Part shown: one piece after another, positions 45,728-55,362 of the stretch
Layout: each line of letters starts with the position of its first letter
Numbering within the stretch: position 1 is the first letter of the stretch
Assembly (NCBI GenBank): GCA_018713745.1
Contig: DVOH01000038.1
Location: 31,938-95,937 of the forward strand
Source: Candidatus Stercoripulliclostridium merdipullorum
GTDB lineage: Bacteria > Bacillota > Clostridia > Christensenellales > DTU072
Direction: 5' to 3'
Length of the DNA stretch: 64,000 nucleotides
The notes under the pieces: generated by a model
The model's database searches: none
Told to the model about the DNA's origin: nothing
The model's input: only the letters and a program-made list of their open reading frames with translations
Program-made: the position numbers and the translations under genes

Positions 45728-47968
45728 ATGATCAAATTGACAGATCACGGCGTGTTTTATCACAACGGAACGTTTTACGATTCCGCCGCCGCGTTCGGGA
45801 TGTCCGAGTGCGACGCCGCCAACGCCTATCGCAACACCATCGCTTATCGCATTATTTCCGCCCATAACACCGCCCCTTCGACCGAGAAGGGCGCTACGGT
45901 GCGCTTGAAGTTCGACGCAATCGCTTCGCACGATATCACCTATGTCGGGATTATTCAGACCGCAAAAGCCATCGGGCTCGAACGTTTCCCCATCCCGTAC
46001 GTTCTGACCAACTGCCACAACAGCCTTTGTGCCGTCGGCGGTACCATCAACGAGGACGACCACGTCTTCGGATTGTCCGCCGCCAAAAAATACGGCGGAA
46101 TTTACGTTCCCGCACACCAGGCGGTTATCCATACCTACATGCGCGAAAAAATGGCGGGCGGCGGCAAAATGATTCTCGGATCGGATTCCCATACCCGCTA
46201 CGGCGCCCTCGGCACGATGGCGGTCGGAGAGGGCGGTCCCGAACTGGTCAAGCAAATCATCGGCAAAACCTATGACGTTCGATACCCCGACGTCGTTGCC
46301 GTTCGGTTGAGCGGCAGACTTCGCAAAGGCGTCGGACCGCAGGACGTTGCGCTTGCCATCATCGGCAAAGTGTTCAAAAACGGATTTGTCAAAAACAAAG
46401 TGATGGAGTTTGTCGGCGAAGGCATTCGCTCCTTGCCCGTCGAATACCGCAACGGGATCGACGTCATGACGACCGAAACAACCTGCCTTTCTTCGGTATG
46501 GGAGACCGACGACGCCGTCCTGAACTATCTGACCGTACACGGCAGACCCGAGGATTATCGCGAACTGCATCCCGCGGACGGCGCGTATTACGATGCCTTG
46601 ATCGACGTCGATCTTTCCGCCGTCGAGCCGATGATCGCGCTTCCCTTCCATCCCTCCAACGTTTATCCGCTCCGCGAAGTAATCGAGCATCCCGTCGAAA
46701 TTCTTTCGGAATGCGAGCGGAAAGGGCGCGAACTGCTTAAAAACGACAGCTTTTCGCTGACCGACAAAATTACGCCCGACGGCAAAATCGTCGTCGATCA
46801 GGCGATTATCGCAGGTTGCGCGGGCGGGACGTACGACAACCTTTTCGAAGCGGCAAGAATCCTCGACGGAAAATCCGTGGGCGATACGCTGTCGATGAGC
46901 GTTTATTGCGGATCTCAACCCATTTATCTCGATCTGATGAAAAAAGGCGCGCTTTCGGCGCTTGCCGCGGCGGGCGCCAACATCAAGACGTCCTTCTGCG
47001 GACCCTGCTTCGGCGCGGGGGACGTTCCGCAGAACAACGGATTTTCCATCCGTCACACCACGCGTAATTTCGAGTCGCGCGAAGGCAGCAAGCCCGGGGA
47101 AGGGCAGATCGCTTCGGTTGCGCTGATGGACGCGCGCAGTATCGCGGCTACGGCGGCAAACGGCGGCGTGTTGACTTCGGCGCTCGACGTCGACTACGAT
47201 GCCGAACTTCCCGCGTTTGAGTTTGACGCGCGTGTTTACGAGCATCGCGTCTATCAAGGGTTCGGGAAGCCCGACGCGGATGCAAGACTGGTGTACGGCC
47301 CCAATATCGCCGACTGGCCCGAGCAGATCGCCCTGAAAGACAATCTGATCCTGCAGGTTGCCTCCGTCATCGACGATCCCGTTACGACGACGGACGAGCT
47401 GATTCCTTCGGGCGAAACGTCGAGCTATCGCTCCAATCCCCTTCGTCTTGCCGAATTCGCTTTGTCGCGCAAGGATCCCGCATACGTCGGTCGTGCCAAA
47501 CAGATCAAACAGTCCGAAGCCGATCGCAGAAGCGGCGTCGCAGTCGACTCCGACATCGTGGTCGTCGCCGAACAGATGGGGTTTGACGACTACGAAATCG
47601 GCAGTGTCATCTACGCCAACAAGCCGGGCGACGGCAGTGCGCGCGAGCAGGCGGCAAGCTGTCAGCGCGTCTTGGGCGGGCTTGCCAATATCGCCAAAGA
47701 ATACGCGACCAAGCGGTATCGCTCCAATCTGATCAACTGGGGGATGATTCCTTTCCTGTTCGACGGGGGCGCAAAGACCTTCGAGCCGGGCGATCTGATC
47801 GCCGTACCGGGCGCCTTTGCCGCATTGGAGACGGGCAAAGTCCAAGCCAAACTTTTCAGTAAAGGACGCCTTATTCCCGTTACGCTGACGATCGATCCCT
47901 TGACCGACGCCGAAAAAGCGATTATCCGGGCAGGGTGCCTGATCAATTATAACCGCGACAACAAGTAA
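45728..47968 (+). CDS. Aconitate hydratase family protein
   Basis: Aconitase Fe-S ligand motifs GSDSHT and CGPCFG, plus a C-terminal swivel domain; 746 aa. Confidence 0.85.
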   Translation: MIKLTDHGVFYHNGTFYDSAAAFGMSECDAANAYRNTIAYRIISAHNTAPSTEKGATVRLKFDAIASHDITYVGIIQTAKAIGLERFPIPYVLTNCHNSLCAVGGTINEDDHVFGLSAAKKYGGIYVPAHQAVIHTYMREKMAGGGKMILGSDSHTRYGALGTMAVGEGGPELVKQIIGKTYDVRYPDVVAVRLSGRLRKGVGPQDVALAIIGKVFKNGFVKNKVMEFVGEGIRSLPVEYRNGIDVMTTETTCLSSVWETDDAVLNYLTVHGRPEDYRELHPADGAYYDALIDVDLSAVEPMIALPFHPSNVYPLREVIEHPVEILSECERKGRELLKNDSFSLTDKITPDGKIVVDQAIIAGCAGGTYDNLFEAARILDGKSVGDTLSMSVYCGSQPIYLDLMKKGALSALAAAGANIKTSFCGPCFGAGDVPQNNGFSIRHTTRNFESREGSKPGEGQIASVALMDARSIAATAANGGVLTSALDVDYDAELPAFEFDARVYEHRVYQGFGKPDADARLVYGPNIADWPEQIALKDNLILQVASVIDDPVTTTDELIPSGETSSYRSNPLRLAEFALSRKDPAYVGRAKQIKQSEADRRSGVAVDSDIVVVAEQMGFDDYEIGSVIYANKPGDGSAREQAASCQRVLGGLANIAKEYATKRYRSNLINWGMIPFLFDGGAKTFEPGDLIAVPGAFAALETGKVQAKLFSKGRLIPVTLTIDPLTDAEKAIIRAGCLINYNRDNK

Positions 47969-47980
47969 CGAGAGGATATT

Positions 47981-49279
47981 ATGATTTTCGACAAAAAACA
48001 CGAGACGATGTCCGTTGAAGAAATGCGCGCGTTACAGTTGGAACGCTTGCGTCATATCGTGCGTTACGCATACGACCACGTCCCGTTTTACAAAAAGAAG
48101 TACGACGAAGCGGGCTTCGATCCCGACAGCATCCGCACCTTGGACGATATCCGCAGGATTCCGTTTACGGTCAAGAGCGACCTCAGGGACAATTATCCTT
48201 ACGGTCTGATCTCCACCGAAAAAAAGAATCTGATGCGCATCCATGCTTCCAGCGGAACAAGCGGAAAGCCGACCGTCGTGTGTTATACCAAAAAGGATAT
48301 GAAAATCTGGACCGAGTGCTGTGCGCGCCTTGCCGCGGCGGCAGGGGTACGCAAAAGCGATATCGTACAGATTTCGTTCGGGTACGGTCTGTTTACGGGC
48401 GCACTCGGGATGCATCAGGGATGCGAACGCCTGGGTGCCGCCATCATTCCCGCCAGTGCCGGCAACACCGAGCGTCAGGTGATGCTTCTGAAAGATCTGC
48501 AGGCGACCGTACTGGTCTGCACGCCGTCGTATGCCTTGTATATCGGCGAAATGATCGAAAAATTGGGTTACGACATCAAAGATTTCAAGTTGCGACTGGG
48601 ACTGTTCGGCTCCGAAGCCAGCACCGAGGAAATGCACCGCGAAATCGCGCGAAAACTCAATATTTTCACCAATGACAATTACGGGCTCAGCGAGATCATC
48701 GGACCCGGCGTTTCGGGCGAGTGCAGCGAGAAATGCGGGATGCACATCAACGAGGATCATTTTTATCCCGAAGTTCTCGATCCCGAAACCTTCGAACCCG
48801 TCCCCGACGGAACCTACGGCGAACTGGTTCTGACCACGTTGACCAAAGAAGGGATGCCGGTAATCCGCTATCGTACCAAAGACATTACGACGCTCGATCA
48901 TACCCCCTGTAAATGCGGCAGAACGACGGTTCGTATGGCAAAACTCAGGGGACGCACCGACGATATGCTGATTATCCGCGGCGTCAACGTCTTCCCGTCC
49001 CAGATCGAAGGCGTGCTGATGAACATGCCCGAAGTGGGCGGTCAGTACGAAATCGTCGTGACGCGCGAAGGTTACATGGACAAAATCGAAGTGAAGGTCG
49101 AAGTGGCGGACGGATCGCTTTTGGTCGATTACGACAATCTGATCAAATTGCGGGAGAAGATACGGCACAATCTGAAAACCGTACTGCAACTGGACGCGCA
49201 GGTCAAGCTGGTCGAGCCGTTGACGCTCCAGCGGTTTGAAGGCAAAAGCAAGCGCGTGACCGATCTCAGAAAATTATAA
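47981..49279 (+). CDS. paaK: Phenylacetate--CoA ligase family protein (PaaK-like), copy 1
   Basis: AMP-binding motif SSGTSGKPTV and the PaaK-type N-terminus KKHETMSVEEMRALQLERL. Confidence 0.9.
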   Translation: MIFDKKHETMSVEEMRALQLERLRHIVRYAYDHVPFYKKKYDEAGFDPDSIRTLDDIRRIPFTVKSDLRDNYPYGLISTEKKNLMRIHASSGTSGKPTVVCYTKKDMKIWTECCARLAAAAGVRKSDIVQISFGYGLFTGALGMHQGCERLGAAIIPASAGNTERQVMLLKDLQATVLVCTPSYALYIGEMIEKLGYDIKDFKLRLGLFGSEASTEEMHREIARKLNIFTNDNYGLSEIIGPGVSGECSEKCGMHINEDHFYPEVLDPETFEPVPDGTYGELVLTTLTKEGMPVIRYRTKDITTLDHTPCKCGRTTVRMAKLRGRTDDMLIIRGVNVFPSQIEGVLMNMPEVGGQYEIVVTREGYMDKIEVKVEVADGSLLVDYDNLIKLREKIRHNLKTVLQLDAQVKLVEPLTLQRFEGKSKRVTDLRKL

Positions 49280-49296
49280 CCGACAAAGGAGAGACT

Positions 49297-51003
49297 ATGA
49301 AACAACTGATGCTGACCAATCAGGCGGTGGCGCGGGGCGCGTACGAAGCGGGCGTAAAAGTGGTATCGTCCTATCCCGGAACGCCGTCGACCGAAATCAC
49401 CGAGTTTATCGCAAAGTACGACGAAATTTACAGCGAATGGGCGCCGAACGAGAAGGTTGCCGTCGAAGTCGCGGTGGGCGCGAGTTTTGCGGGCGTGCGC
49501 AGTATGGCGTGTATGAAGCACGTCGGCGTCAACGTTGCGGCGGATCCGCTGTTTACGGCGTCATACACGGGCGTCAACGGGGGAATGGTGTTGGTGGTTG
49601 CCGACGATCCCGCGATGCACTCCTCCCAAAACGAACAGGACAGCCGCCTTTATGCGCGGAGCGCGCACGTTCCGATGCTGGAACCTGCCGGCAGCGGAGA
49701 AGCGAAAGAATACGTCAAGCGTGCCTACGAAATTTCGGAAGCCTACGATACGCCCGTAATGTTGCGATTGACGACGCGGATTGCGCACAGCCAAAGTTTT
49801 GTCGAAACGCAAGAGCGCGTCGAGCCGGCGCCGAAACCCTACGTCAAAAACGTTGACAAATACGTTATGATGCCCGCAATGGCAAAAGGACGGCATCTGG
49901 TTGTCGAAGCGCGCGAAAAACGCCTTGCCGCCGACGCCGAAACGTCCGATCTCAACCGCGTCGAACGCAGAAGCAATCAACTCGGCATCGTGACGGCGGG
50001 GGCATGCTATCAATATGTCAAAGAAGCGACCGACGCTTCGATCTTCAAACTCGGGATGGTCTATCCTCTCCCGATCGAAGCGATCCGCAAGTTTGCCGCT
50101 ACCGTCGATCGTCTGTTGATCGTCGAGGAACTCGAACCGTTTATCGAAAATCAGCTGAAAGCGCACGGCATCGCCTGCGAGGGCAAATCGATCTTCGGGC
50201 TGCAAGGGGAGTTTTCCGTCGCGTTTTTGCGCGAAAAACTGTACGGGACGCCTGCGCCCGCATCCGAAGTCAAAGTGCCGGGGCGTCCGCCCGTTATGTG
50301 TGCGGGATGCCCGCACCGCGGCGTCTTTTACGTTCTCAAAAAGTTGGGTTGCACCGTTTCGGGCGACATCGGTTGTTATACGCTCGGCGCATTGCAGCCC
50401 CTTGCCGCGCTCGATCTTTGCGTTTGTATGGGCGCAAGCGTCGGCATGGCGCACGGGTTCGATAAAGCGGGATCGGAGCGGACGCGCAAAATGGTTGCCG
50501 TCATCGGCGACTCGACCTTTGTGCACAGCGGAATTACGGGGATCATCAACGCCGTTTACAATCAAGGTACGTCGACGACGATTATCCTGGACAACTCGAT
50601 CACCGGCATGACCGGCCATCAGCAGAACCCTGCGACGGGCAAAACGATCAAAGGCGACATTACCGCAAAACTCGACCTCGAGGCGCTGATGAAAGCCTGC
50701 GGCGTTCCGAGCGTGCGCGTCGTAGACGCTTACGATCTTGCCGCCGTCGAAGCCGTCGTCAAGGAAGAAATCGCGCGCGAAGCGGTCAGCGTAATTATTG
50801 CGCGCCGTCCCTGCGCGTTGCTGGACAAGCATTATCCCGCGCCGCTTTCGATCGATCGGGACAAATGCAGAAAGTGCAAAATGTGTCTTAAAATCGGGTG
50901 TCCCGCCATCGAACATATCGGCGGCGTCGTGCGGATCAACAAAGAGCTTTGCGTCGCGTGCGGCGTCTGTACCGAACTGTGCAAGTTCGACGCGATCAAA
51001 TAG
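49297..51003 (+). CDS. iorA: Indolepyruvate:ferredoxin oxidoreductase subunit alpha
   Basis: TPP-binding 2-oxoacid:ferredoxin oxidoreductase core with a C-terminal 2x[4Fe-4S] motif (CRKCKMC...C and CVACGVCTELC). Confidence 0.92.
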   Translation: MKQLMLTNQAVARGAYEAGVKVVSSYPGTPSTEITEFIAKYDEIYSEWAPNEKVAVEVAVGASFAGVRSMACMKHVGVNVAADPLFTASYTGVNGGMVLVVADDPAMHSSQNEQDSRLYARSAHVPMLEPAGSGEAKEYVKRAYEISEAYDTPVMLRLTTRIAHSQSFVETQERVEPAPKPYVKNVDKYVMMPAMAKGRHLVVEAREKRLAADAETSDLNRVERRSNQLGIVTAGACYQYVKEATDASIFKLGMVYPLPIEAIRKFAATVDRLLIVEELEPFIENQLKAHGIACEGKSIFGLQGEFSVAFLREKLYGTPAPASEVKVPGRPPVMCAGCPHRGVFYVLKKLGCTVSGDIGCYTLGALQPLAALDLCVCMGASVGMAHGFDKAGSERTRKMVAVIGDSTFVHSGITGIINAVYNQGTSTTIILDNSITGMTGHQQNPATGKTIKGDITAKLDLEALMKACGVPSVRVVDAYDLAAVEAVVKEEIAREAVSVIIARRPCALLDKHYPAPLSIDRDKCRKCKMCLKIGCPAIEHIGGVVRINKELCVACGVCTELCKFDAIK

Positions 51004-51017
51004 GAGGTAGGAGCGCA

Positions 51018-51602
51018 ATGAAAAACGTCAACATTCTGATCGTAGGCGTAGGCGGACAAGGCACCTTGCTGGCAAGTCGTGTTTTGGGCGCGCTGGCGTC
51101 GATCGAAGGAAAGGATTGCAAACTCAGCGAAGTCCACGGCATGAGCCAACGGGGCGGAAGCGTGGTAACGCATGTTCGCATCGGCGACAACGTTTTGTCC
51201 CCCGTGATTACCGAAGGGGAAGCCGATTATATTCTCGCGTTCGAAAAGCTGGAAGCCCTCCGTTGGTGCCACTATCTCCGCAAGGACGGCACGATTCTGA
51301 TCAACGATCAGGAAATCATGCCGATGCCCGTCATTACGGGCAATGCCGAATATCCGCAGGGCATCTACGAAGTTTTGGACGGACTCGGCAAACGTTACGT
51401 CAAAATCGACGGACTGGGACTGAGCGGAAAGGCAGGCAGTACCAAAGCGGTCAACGTTGTGATGATCGGTGCGCTGACGCGATTGATCGGCGTGTCGGAG
51501 GAGAGCGGCTTGCAGGCGGTCGAGCGTTGCGTCCCGCAGAAACTACTGGAAATCAACCGAAAAGCCTACAATTTCGGATATCACGATACGGAGGAGGCAT
51601 AA
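51018..51602 (+). CDS. iorB: Indolepyruvate:ferredoxin oxidoreductase subunit beta
   Basis: The start MKNVNILIVGVGGQGTLLASRVLG follows a GGAGG RBS; 194 aa. Confidence 0.9.
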   Translation: MKNVNILIVGVGGQGTLLASRVLGALASIEGKDCKLSEVHGMSQRGGSVVTHVRIGDNVLSPVITEGEADYILAFEKLEALRWCHYLRKDGTILINDQEIMPMPVITGNAEYPQGIYEVLDGLGKRYVKIDGLGLSGKAGSTKAVNVVMIGALTRLIGVSEESGLQAVERCVPQKLLEINRKAYNFGYHDTEEA

Positions 51603-51604
51603 CC

Positions 51605-52909
51605 GTGTATATATATGACAAAAAAACGGAATGTATGTCCGTTGAAGAAAAAAAGATTCTGCAGTCCGAACGCCTGAAAGAAGTCGTCAAGCGCGTTTAC
51701 GACAATGTTCCGACCTATCGGCGTAAAATGGACGATATCAAACTGAAGCCGTCCGATATCCGTTCGATCGACGATATTTCCAAGTTGCCGTTCACGACCA
51801 AATACGATCTCAGAAGCAATTATCCTTTCGGGATGTTTGCTTCTCCGATGAAAGATATCGTTCGGGTGCATGCTTCGAGCGGAACGACGGGCAAGCTGAC
51901 CGTCGTCGGTTATACCCAACACGATCTGGACGTCTGGGCGGAGTGCTGTGCGAGAGCACTCGGCGGCGTGGGCGCAACGCGCGAGTCGATCGTGCATGTT
52001 GCGTACGGCTACGGCTTGTTTACGGGCGGATTGGGGATGCACTACGGCGGCGAACGGATGGGCGCTACGGTGATTCCCGTTTCGTCGGGCAACACGGCGC
52101 GGCAGATTATGCTGATGAAAGATTTCGGCGCGGACACCATCTGCTGTACCCCGTCTTACGCGATTTACCTTGCGGACGAACTCAAAAAGATGGGCATTTC
52201 TCCCGACGAACTCAATCTGAAGCGCGGTTTGTTCGGGGCAGAACCCTGGACGGACGAAATGCGCCGCAAAATCGAAGAAGGTTTGGGACTGAAAGCATAC
52301 GATATATACGGACTGAGTGAAATTTCGGGTCCCGGCGTGGCGTGTGAATGCGAAATGCAGGACGGACCTCACGTTCAGGACGACTACTTCTATCCCGAAA
52401 TCGTCGACGTCGATACGTTGGAACCGCTTCCCCTCGGCGAATCGGGCGAGTTGGTATTCACGACGCTCAGCAAAGAGGGGATTCCGCTGATTCGCTATCG
52501 CACGCGCGATATTTGTTCCTTGCGGAAAGATCCCTGCAAGTGCGGAAGAACTTCGGTTCGGCTTGCCCGCATTACGGGGCGTTCGGACGACATGCTGATT
52601 ATCCGCGGCGTCAACGTATTCCCGTCGCAGATCGAAAGCGTTCTGATTTCGTCCGACCCCAGAATTTCGCCGCATTATCATATCACGGTCGATCGAATCA
52701 ACAATCTCGACACGATGACCATCGAAGTCGAGCTCGACCGTTCGGTTGCGTTTGACGAGATCAAAACGGTCGAAGCGCTGACCAAAAAACTTGCGGGCGA
52801 TATCGCTTCGGCAATCGGTGTTTCGGCAAATGTAAGACTGGTATCGAGCGGCAGCATCAAGCGCAGCGAAGGCAAGGCGCAAAATGTTACCGATCTCAGA
52901 AAACTATAA
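51605..52909 (+). CDS. paaK: Phenylacetate--CoA ligase family protein (PaaK-like), copy 2
   Basis: The GTG start at 51605, 7 nt after GGAGGAGG, gives VYIYDKKTECMSVEEKK, which aligns with the N-terminus of copy 1. SSGTTGKLTV motif is present. The track ORF from 51116 overlaps iorB. Confidence 0.9.
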   Translation: MYIYDKKTECMSVEEKKILQSERLKEVVKRVYDNVPTYRRKMDDIKLKPSDIRSIDDISKLPFTTKYDLRSNYPFGMFASPMKDIVRVHASSGTTGKLTVVGYTQHDLDVWAECCARALGGVGATRESIVHVAYGYGLFTGGLGMHYGGERMGATVIPVSSGNTARQIMLMKDFGADTICCTPSYAIYLADELKKMGISPDELNLKRGLFGAEPWTDEMRRKIEEGLGLKAYDIYGLSEISGPGVACECEMQDGPHVQDDYFYPEIVDVDTLEPLPLGESGELVFTTLSKEGIPLIRYRTRDICSLRKDPCKCGRTSVRLARITGRSDDMLIIRGVNVFPSQIESVLISSDPRISPHYHITVDRINNLDTMTIEVELDRSVAFDEIKTVEALTKKLAGDIASAIGVSANVRLVSSGSIKRSEGKAQNVTDLRKL

Positions 52910-52924
52910 ACGGAGGTAACCGGT

Positions 52925-53347
52925 ATGTTAGTCAATCAGATTGCAGTGTTTCTCGAAAACAGAAGCGGCAGAATTTGCGACTTTTCGCGCGTACTGAAGG
53001 AAGCCGGCGTCAACATTCAGGCAATGTCGATCGCGGACACGACGGAGTACGGTATTTTGCGCGCCATCACCGACGACAATCAGAAAGCGCTTGCCGCACT
53101 GAAAGCCAACGGCTTCAATACGGCGGCAACCGATCTGATCGGATTCCAGGTAGACGATAAGCCCGGCGAAATGTATCACGTCCTCAAAATTCTCGAGGAC
53201 GCGGGGATCAACATCGGCTATCTTTATTCCTTCGCGCGTACCGCCAAAAAAAGCGCGGTGATCCTGATTAAGGTGGACGACAACGACGCCGCAGTCAAAA
53301 TCCTGTCCGATCACGGGATCGATCTGGTCGGCGAGGGAATTCTGTAG
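52925..53347 (+). CDS. ACT-domain protein
   Basis: 140 aa with a tandem ACT-like pattern (VFLENRSGRICDF..., FQVDDKPGEMYHVL). It follows paaK, as commonly seen. Confidence 0.85.
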   Translation: MLVNQIAVFLENRSGRICDFSRVLKEAGVNIQAMSIADTTEYGILRAITDDNQKALAALKANGFNTAATDLIGFQVDDKPGEMYHVLKILEDAGINIGYLYSFARTAKKSAVILIKVDDNDAAVKILSDHGIDLVGEGIL

Positions 53348-53376
53348 GATTCCGTATCCGTTCGTTCGGGAACCTT

Positions 53377-53910
53377 ATGAACAAAAAAGAGCAAAGAGCG
53401 TCGGTTCGCGGGATTGTTCCCGCCGACCGCGCCGCGCGCTCGGCGCGCATTGCCGAAGCGCTGTTTTCGAGCGATCTTTATCGCGAGGCTCAAGTCATAT
53501 ATGCCTTTTGTTCGGCAGGGCAGGAGCCCGATACGCAGGCGATCGTTCGGCGCGCCCTTCGGGACGGTAAGCAAATTTTTCTGCCCGTCGTGCAAGGGGA
53601 CGAAATGCGGTTTTTTTCCTATGAAACGGGCGATCCGATGACCCGAGGCGCATTCGGTATTTCCGAGCCCGTTTTGCGCCGCACGGCTTCGGCAAACCCC
53701 GATCTCATTCTTGTGCCGATGGTGGCGTTTGACGCCGCTTGCAACCGCCTCGGGCACGGCAAAGGATATTACGACCGCTATCTCGGTCAAAGCGGCTTGA
53801 AGACGGTCGGCATCGCTTTTTCGGAGTTTCGGCTGGATGCCGTCGCCGTCGAACCCCATGACGTAAAGTTAGACGTTATCATTACCGATCGTGAGGTGTT
53901 TCGGAAATGA
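53377..53910 (+). CDS. 5-formyltetrahydrofolate cyclo-ligase
   Basis: The LVPMVAFD...RLGHGKGYYDRYL motif. Confidence 0.85.
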   Translation: MNKKEQRASVRGIVPADRAARSARIAEALFSSDLYREAQVIYAFCSAGQEPDTQAIVRRALRDGKQIFLPVVQGDEMRFFSYETGDPMTRGAFGISEPVLRRTASANPDLILVPMVAFDAACNRLGHGKGYYDRYLGQSGLKTVGIAFSEFRLDAVAVEPHDVKLDVIITDREVFRK

Positions 53911-54926
53911 GAATCATTGCCGGTAAATTCAAAGGCAGAACCTTGGACGGCGGGCCCGACCGCTCCATCCGTCCGACGACCGACCGCGTCAAAGAGTCGA
54001 TGTTCAATCTGATTCAAGGCAGGACGGAAGGCGCGGCGGTATTGGATCTGTTCGCCGGAAGCGGCGCGCTCGGGATCGAAGCGTTGTCGCGCGGTGCCGA
54101 CAGCGTGACGTTTTGCGACCGACAACCTTCTTCCGTTGCCGTTCTCCGAAAGAATCTCCAAAAAGTCGACGGAAATCTTCGCATCCTGCAACGGGATTGG
54201 CGCGCTTCGCTTGCCGAATTCGGCAGGGCGGGCGATCGGTTCGATCTGATTTTTCTCGATCCGCCCTATGACGTCATCGAGCCCGCCGATTTGCTGTCCG
54301 AAATCGTCGATCGCAAAGTCCTCAAAGAGGACGGATTGATTGTTTTCGAGCGTCCGAGAGGGGGCAAACCACCTGTTTTTCCCGCAGGCACGGGGCTGAT
54401 CGACAGCCGCGATTACGGCGCGACAACCCTCGATCTGATCGGATTTGTCAGTAAGGTTGCGGTTACCGGGACGTTCGATCCGTTTACCAAAGGGCATCTC
54501 GAAATCGTGCGGGAAGCCTGCCGTGCGTTTGATGAAGTCCACGTCGTCGTCCTGGTCAATCCAGACAAAAAGACATGGCTTTCGCCCGAGAAACGGATTC
54601 AGGTGATCGAAGCCGCCGTCAAAACGCTGAAGCGCAGGATTACGGTTGCCTACTCCGAAGGGCTTGCAATCGATTACTGCAAGGCGCACGATATCGGCTA
54701 TATTATGCGAGGCGTGCGCAACGAAAACGATTTCGCATACGAAAAAGAAATGGCGGAATGGAATCTGAAGCACGGCGGAATCAAAACGCTTTTTGTTCAA
54801 ACGGATTTACCCGAGATCAGCAGTACGGCAGTGCGCGAAGCGTTGGCAAAAGGCGAGGGCGTCGGAGAATATCTGGTGCCGCAAACGATAAAACTCATTA
54901 CGGAGGGAGCGGAATGGAAGACGTAG
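53907..54926 (+). CDS. Bifunctional fusion: 16S rRNA (guanine966-N2)-methyltransferase RsmD plus phosphopantetheine adenylyltransferase CoaD
   Basis: The N-terminal half carries RsmD motifs (RIIAGKFKGR, RPTTDRVKESMFN, DLFAGSGALGIEALSRGA, FLDPPY). The C-terminal half carries CoaD motifs (VAVTGTFDPFTKGHLEIV and ISSTAVRE). It is a single ORF with no internal stop or start at the junction. Confidence 0.9.
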   Translation: MRIIAGKFKGRTLDGGPDRSIRPTTDRVKESMFNLIQGRTEGAAVLDLFAGSGALGIEALSRGADSVTFCDRQPSSVAVLRKNLQKVDGNLRILQRDWRASLAEFGRAGDRFDLIFLDPPYDVIEPADLLSEIVDRKVLKEDGLIVFERPRGGKPPVFPAGTGLIDSRDYGATTLDLIGFVSKVAVTGTFDPFTKGHLEIVREACRAFDEVHVVVLVNPDKKTWLSPEKRIQVIEAAVKTLKRRITVAYSEGLAIDYCKAHDIGYIMRGVRNENDFAYEKEMAEWNLKHGGIKTLFVQTDLPEISSTAVREALAKGEGVGEYLVPQTIKLITEGAEWKT

Positions 54927-55360
54927 AAGATCTGTTGCTGCAGCTGGAGCAGGAGTTGAACGAAGGCAAAAAGTCACTGTTCGGCGGTGGCGTGACCGTT
55001 GATGCCGAAACGATGTACGGGATCATCGATCGGATCCGTGCGGCGTTGCCGGAGATGATACGGGAAGCAAAATATATCGTGCAGACCAACGAAAAACGTC
55101 GGCAGGAAGAAACGCTACGCGCCCAGAATCTGATTCAGGCGGCGCAGGCGCGCGCCGACGAAATGCTCAACGAGCATGCGATCATCCAACAGGCGCAGCG
55201 CGAAGCCGATGCCATCCGCGCGCAGGCGATGGACTATAAAGTTCAGGTGGAACGGAAGATTCGTCAGGAGCTTACCGACTTACTTGCCGAAACCGAATCG
55301 GTATTGTCTGACGCGCTGAATATCATTCATCGGTCGCAACTGAAGTACGACAACCGTTAG
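54914..55360 (+). CDS. Coiled-coil protein (unknown function)
   Basis: 148 aa with a GGAGGGAG RBS. It is helical and charged (QAAQARADEMLNEHAIIQQAQREADAIRAQA). The track ORF from 54575 overlaps coaD in another frame. Confidence 0.6.
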   Translation: MEDVEDLLLQLEQELNEGKKSLFGGGVTVDAETMYGIIDRIRAALPEMIREAKYIVQTNEKRRQEETLRAQNLIQAAQARADEMLNEHAIIQQAQREADAIRAQAMDYKVQVERKIRQELTDLLAETESVLSDALNIIHRSQLKYDNR

Positions 55361-55362
55361 GA

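Noticed and set aside
45692-48001. A 769 aa minus-strand ORF, longer than the sense aconitase ORF.
   Set aside because: The sense strand has the aconitase Fe-S motifs (GSDSHT, CGPCFG). Length alone is not evidence, and the frame is codon-aligned antisense.
51116-51604. The long N-terminal extension of the second paaK ORF (track ORF from 51116).
   Set aside because: It overlaps iorB and is Arg-rich nonsense. A GTG at 51605 after GGAGGAGG gives an N-terminus that aligns with paaK copy 1.
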